A model generated the notes under the pieces. The model saw only the letters and a program-made list of their open reading frames with translations, did no database searches and was not told where the DNA came from. Source: Candidatus Falkowbacteria bacterium (GTDB lineage: Bacteria > Patescibacteriota > Patescibacteriia > UBA11705 > JABHMO01). Taken from it: 64,000 nucleotides of DNA. Made by a program: the position numbers and the translations under genes. Within the stretch, counting starts at the first letter, position 1. Each line of letters starts with the position of its first letter. Positions 26,511-37,168 of this stretch are shown piece by piece. The stretch is from positions 192,446-256,445 of the forward strand of contig JABHAL010000004.1 in assembly GCA_018674305.1 (NCBI GenBank), given 5' to 3'.

Positions 26511-28313
26511 CTATTCACTAACCCTAAACACTTCTTCAACTGAAGTGATGCCAGCCAGAGCTTTAATAATTCCATCTTGAACCATGGTTATCATTCCGTT
26601 CTTAATCGCAATTTGTAGCATGTCGTACTCTGAGACCTTACCACCAAGAATAACTTTCTCGATTTCTGGGGTCATGGCCATGATTTCATAAATACCAATT
26701 CTGCCTTTATACCCCAAGTTATTACAAGCATCACAACCTTTGCCTTTGAAAAATTTAAGTTTAGTCAGGTCTGGTCTGTCTGGATGATCTTCGGGAATAA
26801 CTTCTATTATTTCTTTAACTCGGGCTAATTTCTTTTCATCAATTGGATCTTCTTCTTTACATTTTTCACAAACTCGGCGTACCAGACGTTGACCCATAAT
26901 AGCGTTCAAAGCCGGCGCTAATAAAAAGGGCTTAACTCCCATAGACAAGAATCGAGGAACTGCTCCAGCTGCGCTGTTAGTATGAATGGTGGAAATTACC
27001 ATGTGGCCAGTTAAAGCAGCATTAATAGCTACATCAGCAGTTTCCAGGTCACGCATTTCTCCAACCATGACAATATCAGGATCTTGACGCAAGATTGAGC
27101 GTAGTCCATCGGCAAAAGAGTAGCCTTTGCTGTGATCAATTTGACTTTGATTGATACCAGCTAATTTATATTCAACAGGGTCTTCTAATGTAATAATTTT
27201 TACACCTTCAAGATTCAATTTATTTAAGATAGCGTATAGAGTCGTTGTTTTACCAGAACCGGTAGGACCAGTAGTTACAATCATACCATTAGGTCTCTCA
27301 ACCTGGAATTTAAGATTTTCAAAGGATTTACCAGTGATTCCTAGGTCCTCGAATCCAAGACTAATTGAAGATGATTTTAATAATCGCATAACGACACTTT
27401 CGCCCCAAGTAGTTGGCAGGGTAGAGGTACGAACATCGATATCTTGTTCTTTGGAATGAATTGTAAAACGGCCATCTTGTGGTTTGGCAGTAATATTCAT
27501 TTTTAGACCAGCTAAAAGTTTAATTCTAGAAATTACTTTTGGCCAGATCTTTACATCGATAGATGCAGTTTCGTGTAAAATACCATCGACTCGAAAACGT
27601 ACTTTAACAGCATCCTCTTCTGCCTCAATATGAATATCAGATGAGCCTGCCTGTACTCCTGCAGCAATAATCATACTAACCATTTCTGTCATACTGACCT
27701 TTCTTAAATGTTCGTCCAGATCTTTGAAGTTCTTTCCAATTTCCTTGAATTTCTCTAATTCTTCTTCTGTTATTTCTACACCTTTAACTGCGGGTTTGTA
27801 TTTTGGTAACTTGGCATAAAGTTCAAGTGCATGTTTTAGATTACGTTCTGAAAACAAATACGTTTCAACTTTTGCATTTTGAGCTTCTTGCAGGCTATTG
27901 GCAATTTTGGTAATTTCAGGATTTGTCGAATTAGTTGTCGCTAATCGAATCTGTTCACCGGTCGCCACAAAGGCGACAACCTTTTCTTTTTTGCAAACAG
28001 TCTCCGGGATTAAACGTAGTGCTTCACTGCTGATCGGAAATTCTGTCAAATCAATATAAGGCACATTTAACTCATTTGCTTTTTTTTGAACAGCCTTTTC
28101 TTTGTCAGAAAAGCCTAGTTTTTTTAGTTTGTTTTTCAATCGATCTTCGGTAGTAGCAGGTTTGATGACTTTAGGCTTAGTAGGATCCTTTTTATTATCA
28201 TTGTCATCATCAGATGCCGTAGGGCTGGCTTTTTTTCCAGTTAATTTTGATTGAGAGCCACCTGAAAGTAGATCTTCAATTGAAGAAGTTGCTTTACTCA
28301 TATTATCTATCAA
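26511..28313 (-). CDS. pilB: Type II/IV secretion-system ATPase (PilB/GspE family) with K/D-rich N-terminal extension
   Basis: Walker A GPTGSGKTTT, Asp box, His box, Walker B; C-terminal CxxC tetracysteine. Confidence 0.85.
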   Translation of the reverse strand: MIDNMSKATSSIEDLLSGGSQSKLTGKKASPTASDDDNDNKKDPTKPKVIKPATTEDRLKNKLKKLGFSDKEKAVQKKANELNVPYIDLTEFPISSEALRLIPETVCKKEKVVAFVATGEQIRLATTNSTNPEITKIANSLQEAQNAKVETYLFSERNLKHALELYAKLPKYKPAVKGVEITEEELEKFKEIGKNFKDLDEHLRKVSMTEMVSMIIAAGVQAGSSDIHIEAEEDAVKVRFRVDGILHETASIDVKIWPKVISRIKLLAGLKMNITAKPQDGRFTIHSKEQDIDVRTSTLPTTWGESVVMRLLKSSSISLGFEDLGITGKSFENLKFQVERPNGMIVTTGPTGSGKTTTLYAILNKLNLEGVKIITLEDPVEYKLAGINQSQIDHSKGYSFADGLRSILRQDPDIVMVGEMRDLETADVAINAALTGHMVISTIHTNSAAGAVPRFLSMGVKPFLLAPALNAIMGQRLVRRVCEKCKEEDPIDEKKLARVKEIIEVIPEDHPDRPDLTKLKFFKGKGCDACNNLGYKGRIGIYEIMAMTPEIEKVILGGKVSEYDMLQIAIKNGMITMVQDGIIKALAGITSVEEVFRVSE

Positions 28314-28477
28314 TAATAAATTTTAGTTCATATTAATTATAACGTTTTACGGTGTTTTTGGCAATCTAAGTCACTACTTACGTCCTGTGAGTAAAAATTT
28401 GCTAAATTTTAAAATCATGTTAAAATGGTGATGATCAGGAGGGACTATTAAAATAAATAAAAATTAACAGAGACTCT

Positions 28478-29395
28478 ATGCCAGTTGATAATTTTTTAGA
28501 AGAATTGGAACAAGAAGAAGAAACAAAGAGCAGTGGGCCTGCTAAAAAGGCTAAAAAAGTTAAAAAACGCAAAAAGGCCAAAAAGAAGCCAGTGGTTAAA
28601 GAAAAAGCAACATTGACTGATACAGTCAAGAAGGCTAAGTCCAAAGATGATAATAATTTATTTAATCTTGTGATTGCTGTAGTTGTTATTTTAGGTATAA
28701 TCGGGATCGTGTTTGGTTATACTAAGGACAAGATTGGAGAAATCAAGGAGGGAGGTACGGAGGTAACAAAAGGGTTGGAACAAGAAGTTGAAAGCCTAAA
28801 ATCAAAATTAGAGAAATTACAAGAAAAAGCAGAATCAATCGTTGAAGATAGTGAATTAAGCAAAAGTTTAGTAATTGATTTGTTTGATAAAAATAGAGAA
28901 ATTCCTAAAAAAGTTAATGCTGCCGGTTGGCAAGTTTTGGAAAGTGACGGTTTAACTTTTGTGGTTAGTTATCCTAGCACCTGGGAGAGAGTTAATGCCA
29001 TAATCAATAGTGGGAATGATCAAGCCAATGTTGAAGACATTGCTTATTTCCAGCCAATCGGAAACTCTGATTATTTGAACGCCATTACTATTAAATCTGA
29101 TTATGCTGATTTTGCTGATTTGGATCTTGATGATAAAATTGATATTTTTGAAGACTTGGATGCAGTTGACACACAATCATTTTCACATGGCTACATGATT
29201 TATTTTATCAACTTGGATAAAGATAATAATGAGGTGCCAACAATATTAATATTAACAGATGATAATATTTATCGAGCAACTTTCAATGTTTATAACAAGA
29301 AGCTAAAAGGGTACTTCAAGTATCGAAAAGATTTTGAGGAAATTGTTGCCACTTTTGGTGTTGCTCCGGAACAGTACATTGAAGAGATAGAGTAG
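28478..29395 (+). CDS. Hypothetical membrane-anchored protein (K-rich N-terminus, TM, coiled coil)
   Basis: 305 aa; no recognisable domain. Confidence 0.5.
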   Translation: MPVDNFLEELEQEEETKSSGPAKKAKKVKKRKKAKKKPVVKEKATLTDTVKKAKSKDDNNLFNLVIAVVVILGIIGIVFGYTKDKIGEIKEGGTEVTKGLEQEVESLKSKLEKLQEKAESIVEDSELSKSLVIDLFDKNREIPKKVNAAGWQVLESDGLTFVVSYPSTWERVNAIINSGNDQANVEDIAYFQPIGNSDYLNAITIKSDYADFADLDLDDKIDIFEDLDAVDTQSFSHGYMIYFINLDKDNNEVPTILILTDDNIYRATFNVYNKKLKGYFKYRKDFEEIVATFGVAPEQYIEEIE

Positions 29396-29422
29396 ACAAA
29401 GTTAAAAAAATGATATATATTA

Positions 29423-29450
29423 AGAGACGTGCGTAGCACGTCTCTTTTAA
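29423..29450 (+). terminator. Rho-independent terminator
   Basis: aagagacgtgcgtagcacgtctctttt. Confidence 0.6.
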
Positions 29451-29592
29451 GTACCAATTAAGCAATTGATCAAGTGACAATTAAATTTCAAGTCTCAAAA
29501 TCTAAATATTTGAAGTAATTTGGAGATTAAATAGTTAGAATTTTGAATTTATTTGAAAGTTGTATAATTGATCATTGGTAATTATAAAATTT

Positions 29593-30681
29593 ATGTCTTT
29601 CTCAATAGGAATTGTTGGTTTACCTAATGTTGGAAAATCAACTTTATTCAAAGCCTTAACTAAAAAAACAATTGATATTGCTAATTATCCTTTTTGTACC
29701 ATTGAACCAAATAAAGGTATTGTTTTGGTTCCCGATCACAGATTAGACGAGCTGGCTAAAATTTCTAAATCAGAAAAAATAATTAATACCACCATTGAGT
29801 TTGTTGATATTGCTGGGCTAGTTAAAAATGCGCACAAAGGTGAAGGTTTGGGAAATCAATTTTTACATAATATTCGTGATGTAGATGCGATTTGTCATGT
29901 GGTCCGAAATTTTCACAGCGGTGACATTATTCATGTTGATGGAAGAGTTAATCCTGAAGATGATGCTGAAACAATTGATATTGAACTAGCATTTGCAGAT
30001 TTAGATTTAGTTAAAAAACATTTAGCAAAACTTAAGGATAAATTAAAAGCAGCATCTCTAAAAGAAGAAAAAGCAACTAGGGTTATTGCTGAGTTCTTGG
30101 AAACAAAAATTATTCCTGCCTTGGAAAATGGACAGCCTGTTCGAAAGTTGGATTTATCAGAAAAAGAGTCAAAAGAAATTCAATATTTAAATCTTTTGAC
30201 TAATAAGCCGATGATATATCTTTTGAATGTTGACGAGGATAAGGTTAATGAGCAATTTGATTTATCAAAATTAAAGAGCGAGGTAGTAATTCCAGTTTGT
30301 GCTAAGATAGAAGCGGACTTGGCGGAATTATCCAAAGAAGAAGCAGCGGAATATTTAACTGAAGTGGGGATCAAAACTTCAGGACTTGATCAGATTATTA
30401 TCAAGGCTTATGAGATATTAAATTTAATTAGTTTTTTAACCACTGGCCCCAAAGAAACACGAGCTTGGACAATTACTCGTGGTTCTAGCGCCCCACAGGC
30501 TGCTGGCAAGATTCATGGTGACTTTGAACGAGGTTTTATCGCAGTAGAAGTATATAACTGGAAAGATATGGTGGATGTTGGATCTGAGGTTGCTGCCAAA
30601 GAAAAGGGGTTAATTCGTCTGGAGGGAAAAGAGTACATTGTTCGGGATGGTGATACATGTAATTTTAGATTTAGCGTGTAA
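29593..30681 (+). CDS. ychF: Ribosome-binding ATPase YchF
   Basis: IGIVGLPNVGKSTLFKALT G1 motif; C-terminal TGS domain; start at MSFSIGIVG. Confidence 0.9.
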   Translation: MSFSIGIVGLPNVGKSTLFKALTKKTIDIANYPFCTIEPNKGIVLVPDHRLDELAKISKSEKIINTTIEFVDIAGLVKNAHKGEGLGNQFLHNIRDVDAICHVVRNFHSGDIIHVDGRVNPEDDAETIDIELAFADLDLVKKHLAKLKDKLKAASLKEEKATRVIAEFLETKIIPALENGQPVRKLDLSEKESKEIQYLNLLTNKPMIYLLNVDEDKVNEQFDLSKLKSEVVIPVCAKIEADLAELSKEEAAEYLTEVGIKTSGLDQIIIKAYEILNLISFLTTGPKETRAWTITRGSSAPQAAGKIHGDFERGFIAVEVYNWKDMVDVGSEVAAKEKGLIRLEGKEYIVRDGDTCNFRFSV

Positions 30682-30704
30682 CAAAAATTTTTTATAATAA
30701 ATAT

Positions 30705-30740
30705 CGCTCCCTCGTGTTACGAGGGAGCGTTTGTTTTTTT
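30705..30740. terminator. Bidirectional terminator
   Basis: cgctccctcgtgttacgagggagcg followed by tttgttttttt. Confidence 0.6.
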
Positions 30741-31298
30741 CTAGTTATCGTGATTTTCGAAATCAAGAACTGCCTTGAAAAAGTTTTTTGGAATAGGACT
30801 TTTGTCACAGGCGCTATAGAGGAGACTGCTTTGTCTCCATTGAGGAGCTGAACCTTCCACTGTTGGAGGGATTTCCTCAAGAGCGATAAAAGAGAAATTC
30901 AGAGGACCTTCAAATACGTGAAGTAGCCGTCTGATGAGAGTTTTGAACTTGGGCGTTTTAAAATTACTTGTGGCCGGTACCAGGAAAAGACTGAGATACT
31001 TTTTGTTGCCATCACCATTTAAATGAAAAGTTCGGTAGTGAATAATAAATCCCCAAATTGATTGCTCATGGAGGATTTTTAATACGATGACATGGTGATT
31101 CTTTCTGTTGTCGGACAAAGAAGCTTCAGTAAAGTCAAAGGCGCAAACAGGAGACACTTTATTGCCATAAGTTTTGTTGAGAACATGACTAAGGGCTGGG
31201 GCTTCCTTGAGCAAACCTTCAACTTTTCTCCTGATAGCTTCTTTGTCAGTCGTTCGAGTAACTTTTCCTGGGTTGAGTTTAGCCAAAGCGAATTCCAT
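30741..31298 (-). CDS. Hypothetical protein
   Basis: 185 aa, no motif recognised. Confidence 0.5.
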   Translation of the reverse strand: MEFALAKLNPGKVTRTTDKEAIRRKVEGLLKEAPALSHVLNKTYGNKVSPVCAFDFTEASLSDNRKNHHVIVLKILHEQSIWGFIIHYRTFHLNGDGNKKYLSLFLVPATSNFKTPKFKTLIRRLLHVFEGPLNFSFIALEEIPPTVEGSAPQWRQSSLLYSACDKSPIPKNFFKAVLDFENHDN

Positions 31299-31390
31299 TG
31301 ATAATCCTCTTTTTCGTGATGGTTAATTGAAATGAACGAAAACACAATACTTTTCTATCCTAACAGAAATACATTAATGTGTCAATAAAT

Positions 31391-31424
31391 AAAAAACCCT
31401 GAGTTAAATTTAACTCAGGGTTTG
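31391..31424 (-). terminator. Terminator for the 31429..31899 gene
   Basis: aaaaaaccctgagttaaatttaactcagggttt. Confidence 0.6.
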
Positions 31425-31428
31425 TGGT

Positions 31429-31899
31429 TCATTCAGGTTCCGTTTGAACCTGTTCAATAGCCTTTTTTCTTAATGTGGTTTTTGGAATAACCACTTCAAA
31501 AGTTGTTTCGGCTTCAAGCTTCACATCTTGATCATCGTGAGAAACTGTCTGTGTCGTTATCGTGACTGTCTCATATTGCATTTTGAAGGAATAATTACTA
31601 ACAGTTTTAGCCGCTCCACCAAGAATACAAGCAGCGATCAGGGCACCGATGAGTGGCCAGTTTCTAGTCATGAATAAAAGCACAATGAATACAATTCCGC
31701 CGACCAAATAACTGTAGAGGCGACTGGCTTCAACTGGGTCAGCGCCAAATTCATAAGCAAGGGTTGGAACAAAGATTGGTGCGATCAACCCAAGAGCAAT
31801 CAGAAATGTCCAAAGCAAAATACTATTCAATCTGGTATTTCGCTTTCTTGGTTTCTTTTCTTTGACTGGTTTTTCTTTAGTCGGTGTGACCTGTGCCAT
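31429..31899 (-). CDS. Hypothetical membrane protein
   Basis: 156 aa, 3-4 TM helices. Confidence 0.5.
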   Translation of the reverse strand: MAQVTPTKEKPVKEKKPRKRNTRLNSILLWTFLIALGLIAPIFVPTLAYEFGADPVEASRLYSYLVGGIVFIVLLFMTRNWPLIGALIAACILGGAAKTVSNYSFKMQYETVTITTQTVSHDDQDVKLEAETTFEVVIPKTTLRKKAIEQVQTEPE

Positions 31900-31918
31900 A
31901 GTATTTACCTCCGTTATT

Positions 31919-32560
31919 TTACTCTATGTCTTGTATTCCTTGACCAGGACAGTCCACGCAATCAGGCTTATTCTCCTTGGCCGGCGCTTTTTCGGTCTCA
32001 GGAATTGGAGTATCTTCAGCTGAAGGACATTCTGGTACTTCAGGGCAAACTTTTGTTAAAGATTCACGCATTTCTGAACGTTTCATAATAACAGTGAATT
32101 CAACTGGTTCATCCAATTCAACTAGCTCACCATTAACCACGATCTTATCGAGAGTGTATTCAACCTCAGTGTAGCGCATGTGAAAGCTGGCACTAGAAAT
32201 ACACAGGGTTAATATCAGGGCAAATAGAAATACACCTAAATGGAAAGCTACGTATAGTCCTACGCAGAAACCATCATCCTTGAATTCCTTGGGTGTACGT
32301 GCTTCTTTTTCAGCCTTAGAGTTTTCTTCTTCCTGTTCTTTGTCAAAATAGGTTTGAATATATTTATGTCCAAAACCTAATGCTATAAAGGCAAAGATCC
32401 AGCAAAAAATTTTCCCCAAAGTAGAGCCATTCCAGTCAAAGAGCTGTCCGATCCAGGGCAGGAAGATGGGCATAACCACTGCCCAAAAACCCCAGCGCAG
32501 TAGCCATTTTCCAACTTTGGTCTCGTTCCACTTTAATTTCTTTTCCTTTTTTACGGCCAT
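31919..32560 (-). CDS. Hypothetical membrane protein with Cys/Pro-rich C-terminal tail
   Basis: 213 aa; CPEVPECP...DCVDCPG. Confidence 0.5.
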   Translation of the reverse strand: MAVKKEKKLKWNETKVGKWLLRWGFWAVVMPIFLPWIGQLFDWNGSTLGKIFCWIFAFIALGFGHKYIQTYFDKEQEEENSKAEKEARTPKEFKDDGFCVGLYVAFHLGVFLFALILTLCISSASFHMRYTEVEYTLDKIVVNGELVELDEPVEFTVIMKRSEMRESLTKVCPEVPECPSAEDTPIPETEKAPAKENKPDCVDCPGQGIQDIE

Positions 32561-32737
32561 GACGGGCTCCTCATTGTTAAGGTTCTCAAATTACGTTGAC
32601 TGGCTACTTTAGTATATTATGAAAAATTTGTCAAGAGGTATAGTTAATTTACAAAAAAAACCTCCACTTACAAGCGGAGGTTTTTTTGTTTTGTTATTTG
32701 AGGATTGTGATTTGGTCATTCGAGGAGTTAGCCGAGT

Positions 32738-34399
<1,662 letters not shown>

Positions 34400-34404
34400 T
34401 TATC

Positions 34405-34513
34405 AAACTCTAAATTCTAGACAATGTTCCAATGTTTTAAATTCAAATATCTAAACAGTTTTGATATTGATTAATTTAAATTTTGAGTTTGTTTAGGATT
34501 TAGATTTTAGGAT
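34405..34513. repeat. MITE-like intergenic element, copy A (between groES and groEL)
   Basis: ~110 bp, homologous to 43849-43975 (ctaaattctagacaatgttccaatgtt... vs ctaaatcctaaacaatgttcaaagtt...); imperfect terminal inverted repeats built on CTAAATYCTA. Confidence 0.55.
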
Positions 34514-34801
34514 TTATTCAATTATTGCTAAGATGTCCTCCTCTCGCAGAACTAAACATTCCTGACCATCAGCTTTGATTTCATCAGGTGAATATTTTTT
34601 GAATATAACTTTGTTTCCGACTTGAATAGACATAGGAGATCTTTGTCCATTTTCTAACATTTTTCCGGGACCAATAGAGATAACTTCACCTTGTTCAGGC
34701 TTTTCTTTGTTTAGTGTGTCTGGCAAGATGATTCCAGACGCAGTTTTTTCTTCTTGTGATGTTGGCTTTACAATCACGTGATCATTAAGTGGTTTTAGCA
34801 T
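34514..34801 (-). CDS. groS: Co-chaperonin GroES
   Basis: MLKPLNDHVIVKP...; 95 aa. Confidence 0.9.
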   Translation of the reverse strand: MLKPLNDHVIVKPTSQEEKTASGIILPDTLNKEKPEQGEVISIGPGKMLENGQRSPMSIQVGNKVIFKKYSPDEIKADGQECLVLREEDILAIIE

Positions 34802-34950
34802 ATTTGTTTAATTTCGAATATCGAATACCGAATCGCGAAACTGTTTAGTTTCGAATTTCGTATTTCAATTTTCGTATTTATTATACTATGTTACTATAGA
34901 GTTTTAGCAAAAGTCAAGGCTTTTGTCAATATTGATGAAATACATTTTGG

Positions 34951-34979
34951 TTGACAGAGATTTAGTAAAATGATAATGT
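34951..34979 (+). promoter_or_regulatory. Promoter TTGACA-N17-TAATGT for the zinc-ribbon/PAP2 operon
   Basis: ttgaca 34951-34956; taatgt 34974-34979. Confidence 0.5.
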
Positions 34980-35020
34980 TTTTTAGATATGATGTTTGAA
35001 AATTAAAATGGAGATATTCA

Positions 35021-35386
35021 ATGAGTGAGCATAAGCTGGAGGTATTACCTGCCTTTCGATGTCCATATTGTGGCTGTTTTTTTCCAGTGATTAACGCGAC
35101 ACTTGCGTGTAGAGATTATTGTTTTGACTTGATAATCAATGCATATGCAAAAAGAGACGATATCATTTATTGTTCGTTGGAAACACGAGAGAACAACACT
35201 AGATTGCCAAAGAATCGCTATAGAGTATTGAAAGTACAAGTTTTAGTGACTAAAGGTAGTCGTTGGATTGCATATTCCTGCCAATTAGTAGGTGGTGAGC
35301 AAACAAGAGTTATTTCTGATAGAAATGTGATCAAACTTCTGAATAAGAATTTTCGATCAACCCCAGATACTATTATTGGAGGTTAA
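35021..35386 (+). CDS. Zinc-ribbon protein, paralog 1 of 3 (hypothetical)
   Basis: CPYCG...(16 aa)...CRDYC motif shared with the 35389 and 36404 proteins; C-terminal beta-rich region is also alignable among the three. Confidence 0.55.
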   Translation: MSEHKLEVLPAFRCPYCGCFFPVINATLACRDYCFDLIINAYAKRDDIIYCSLETRENNTRLPKNRYRVLKVQVLVTKGSRWIAYSCQLVGGEQTRVISDRNVIKLLNKNFRSTPDTIIGG

Positions 35387-35388
35387 TA

Positions 35389-35724
35389 ATGAGTCAGAAG
35401 AAAAAGAATATACTTTCAGTCCAAGCATATTGTTGTCCATACTGCGGATACTTGTGTGAAAATGAGAAAAAAGTATCTGATTGTAGAGAGGAATGCTGGA
35501 AGTTGATTGTTGGTTATTTCATTCAGGTTGGGATGATCATTGAGACTGTCAGAGAAAATGACAAAGGTCCGTTTGAGGTAAAGGCCATTGAAGTTTCTCG
35601 GGAAGCTAGTATAAGGCGTATGCGTTTTGTATGCAAGCGACTTAATAAAACAGCTCACGGCTTTAAAGGTAGACTGGTAACTTTTCCTGCCCATGTGATC
35701 AAGGGCCAAGTCGCGGTAGAATAA
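35389..35724 (+). CDS. Zinc-ribbon protein, paralog 2 of 3 (hypothetical)
   Basis: CCPYCGYLCENEKKVSDCREEC; 3-nt gap from paralog 1. Confidence 0.55.
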   Translation: MSQKKKNILSVQAYCCPYCGYLCENEKKVSDCREECWKLIVGYFIQVGMIIETVRENDKGPFEVKAIEVSREASIRRMRFVCKRLNKTAHGFKGRLVTFPAHVIKGQVAVE

Positions 35725-36363
35725 ATGTTTTCTTATCGGTACAAATATCCAATTGCTCTAGTTGTTTATACAGCTGGGGTATTGGGTTATTGGGTTACTA
35801 ATCAGTTTCAGGTTTTTGAACCAACAACCATGCCATTAACATGGGTAGATCAGGCGGTGCCTTTTTGGCCGGCTAGCGTATTGGTGTACCTGGCTATTAT
35901 CCCAGTGATTTTGCCAGTCCCGTTTATTATTGATAATGAAAACATGTTTAAACGGGCAATGTTGGCTACTGTTTTAATGTCGACTTTCAGTTTTCTGATA
36001 TATGTCTTTGTTCCAACACATTACCCTATTAGGCAGGATTTGCTGGAGCAAATTCAATCACCATTTTGGCGCTGGGGTTATGAAACAATGTATGCATTTG
36101 ATTCAAGCGCCAACTGTTTTCCCAGTTTTCATGTTAGCGTAGCCACAACTTTGACGTTTATCTACTTCAAAGAAAAAATGAAATTGTTCCGGTGGCATGT
36201 GGTGATTTGTAGCGTGATTATCTTCACAACATTGACAACCAAGCAGCACTATTTCTGGGATATCGTTGGTGGCGTTCTAGTTGCGCTGATGGCTTACGTG
36301 ATTGCTTACGAACAATATCCTGTAAAAAAGAAGAATTTGGATAAGGATAAGAATTGTAGCTAG
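35725..36363 (+). CDS. PAP2-superfamily membrane phosphatase-like protein
   Basis: Six TM helices; PSFHVS (PSGH-like) and TKQHYFWDIVGG (SRxxxxxHxxxD-like) motifs; start abuts the stop of paralog 2. Confidence 0.65.
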   Translation: MFSYRYKYPIALVVYTAGVLGYWVTNQFQVFEPTTMPLTWVDQAVPFWPASVLVYLAIIPVILPVPFIIDNENMFKRAMLATVLMSTFSFLIYVFVPTHYPIRQDLLEQIQSPFWRWGYETMYAFDSSANCFPSFHVSVATTLTFIYFKEKMKLFRWHVVICSVIIFTTLTTKQHYFWDIVGGVLVALMAYVIAYEQYPVKKKNLDKDKNCS

Positions 36364-36403
36364 TGACATCGTGAAAACGTTTAACCTTTTAATAGGGGGT
36401 AAT

Positions 36404-36745
36404 ATGTCGCAACCTAAACCTCCACTTATCAAAGCTCCTGGATATTTTTGTCCATATTGTGGTGAGTACTACAAGCATTTTGATCCAACTTGGTCTTGTC
36501 GTGATAAGTGCCATGAACTGATACTGCAAAGCAAGATTCAACCAGGTGATTTGATCACAGTGCGAAAAAAACATATCAAGTTTTCTCCATTGCAGCCTGA
36601 TCTATTTATTCGTTTTCGCTATACAGTTCAAGCCGTCCGTATTCAAAATGATTTGGGAGGTCAAAGATTTTCGTTTATTTATGAAGATGAGAATGGCAAA
36701 GAGCAAACTGTGCATGAGTTGTATATTGTAGAAAAAGCAAGGTAA
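36404..36745 (+). CDS. Zinc-ribbon protein, paralog 3 of 3 (hypothetical)
   Basis: FCPYCGEYYKHFDPTWSCRDKC; start at MSQPKPP with GGGGG RBS; the ORF-track start at 36371 is probably too early. Confidence 0.55.
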   Translation: MSQPKPPLIKAPGYFCPYCGEYYKHFDPTWSCRDKCHELILQSKIQPGDLITVRKKHIKFSPLQPDLFIRFRYTVQAVRIQNDLGGQRFSFIYEDENGKEQTVHELYIVEKAR

Positions 36746-36750
36746 AACAA

Positions 36751-36782
36751 AGAGCACCCCGCCGAGCGGGGGCTCTTTTTAA
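36751..36782. terminator. Bidirectional terminator (GC-rich)
   Basis: agagcaccccgccgagcgggggctcttttt. Confidence 0.65.
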
Positions 36783-36787
36783 TTTGA

Positions 36788-37168
36788 TTATTTTAGATAT
36801 TCTTCAATTACTGGCATTATATTTGGAGCACAGTTGTCAGGTAAATTATTTATATCAAACCAATCCCATTCAATAATATCTAAACCTTTAACAATCTCAC
36901 CGGAATAATCAGTTAAGTAGTGAACCAGCTCAACCTTAGTGGTTTCATCTTTTTGTGAAGTAATTGTAGTTAAATGTTTTAAGTTAAAAACATCAATAGC
37001 TAGTTCTTCTTTGGCTTCTCTAATGCAAGTTTGTTCTAGTGACTCTCCAGATTCAACTTTGCCACCTGGGTATTTCCAAAAAGCATCTTTAATGTCTTTA
37101 ATAAGAAGGACTTTATTATCTTTAATTATAACTGGACCAGAAACTTTAATTGTTTTCATATTTTGCAA
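36788..37168 (-). CDS. NUDIX hydrolase
   Basis: Nudix box GGKVESGESLEQTCIREAKEELAI. Confidence 0.8.
   Translation of the reverse strand: MQNMKTIKVSGPVIIKDNKVLLIKDIKDAFWKYPGGKVESGESLEQTCIREAKEELAIDVFNLKHLTTITSQKDETTKVELVHYLTDYSGEIVKGLDIIEWDWFDINNLPDNCAPNIMPVIEEYLK

Noticed and set aside
34802-34950. CIRCE/HrcA operator upstream of groES
   Set aside because: Looked for TTAGCACTC-N9-GAGTGCTAA; only TTAGCAAAAGTC...CTTTTGTCAA-like sequence is present, which is better explained as the -35/-16/-10 promoter.
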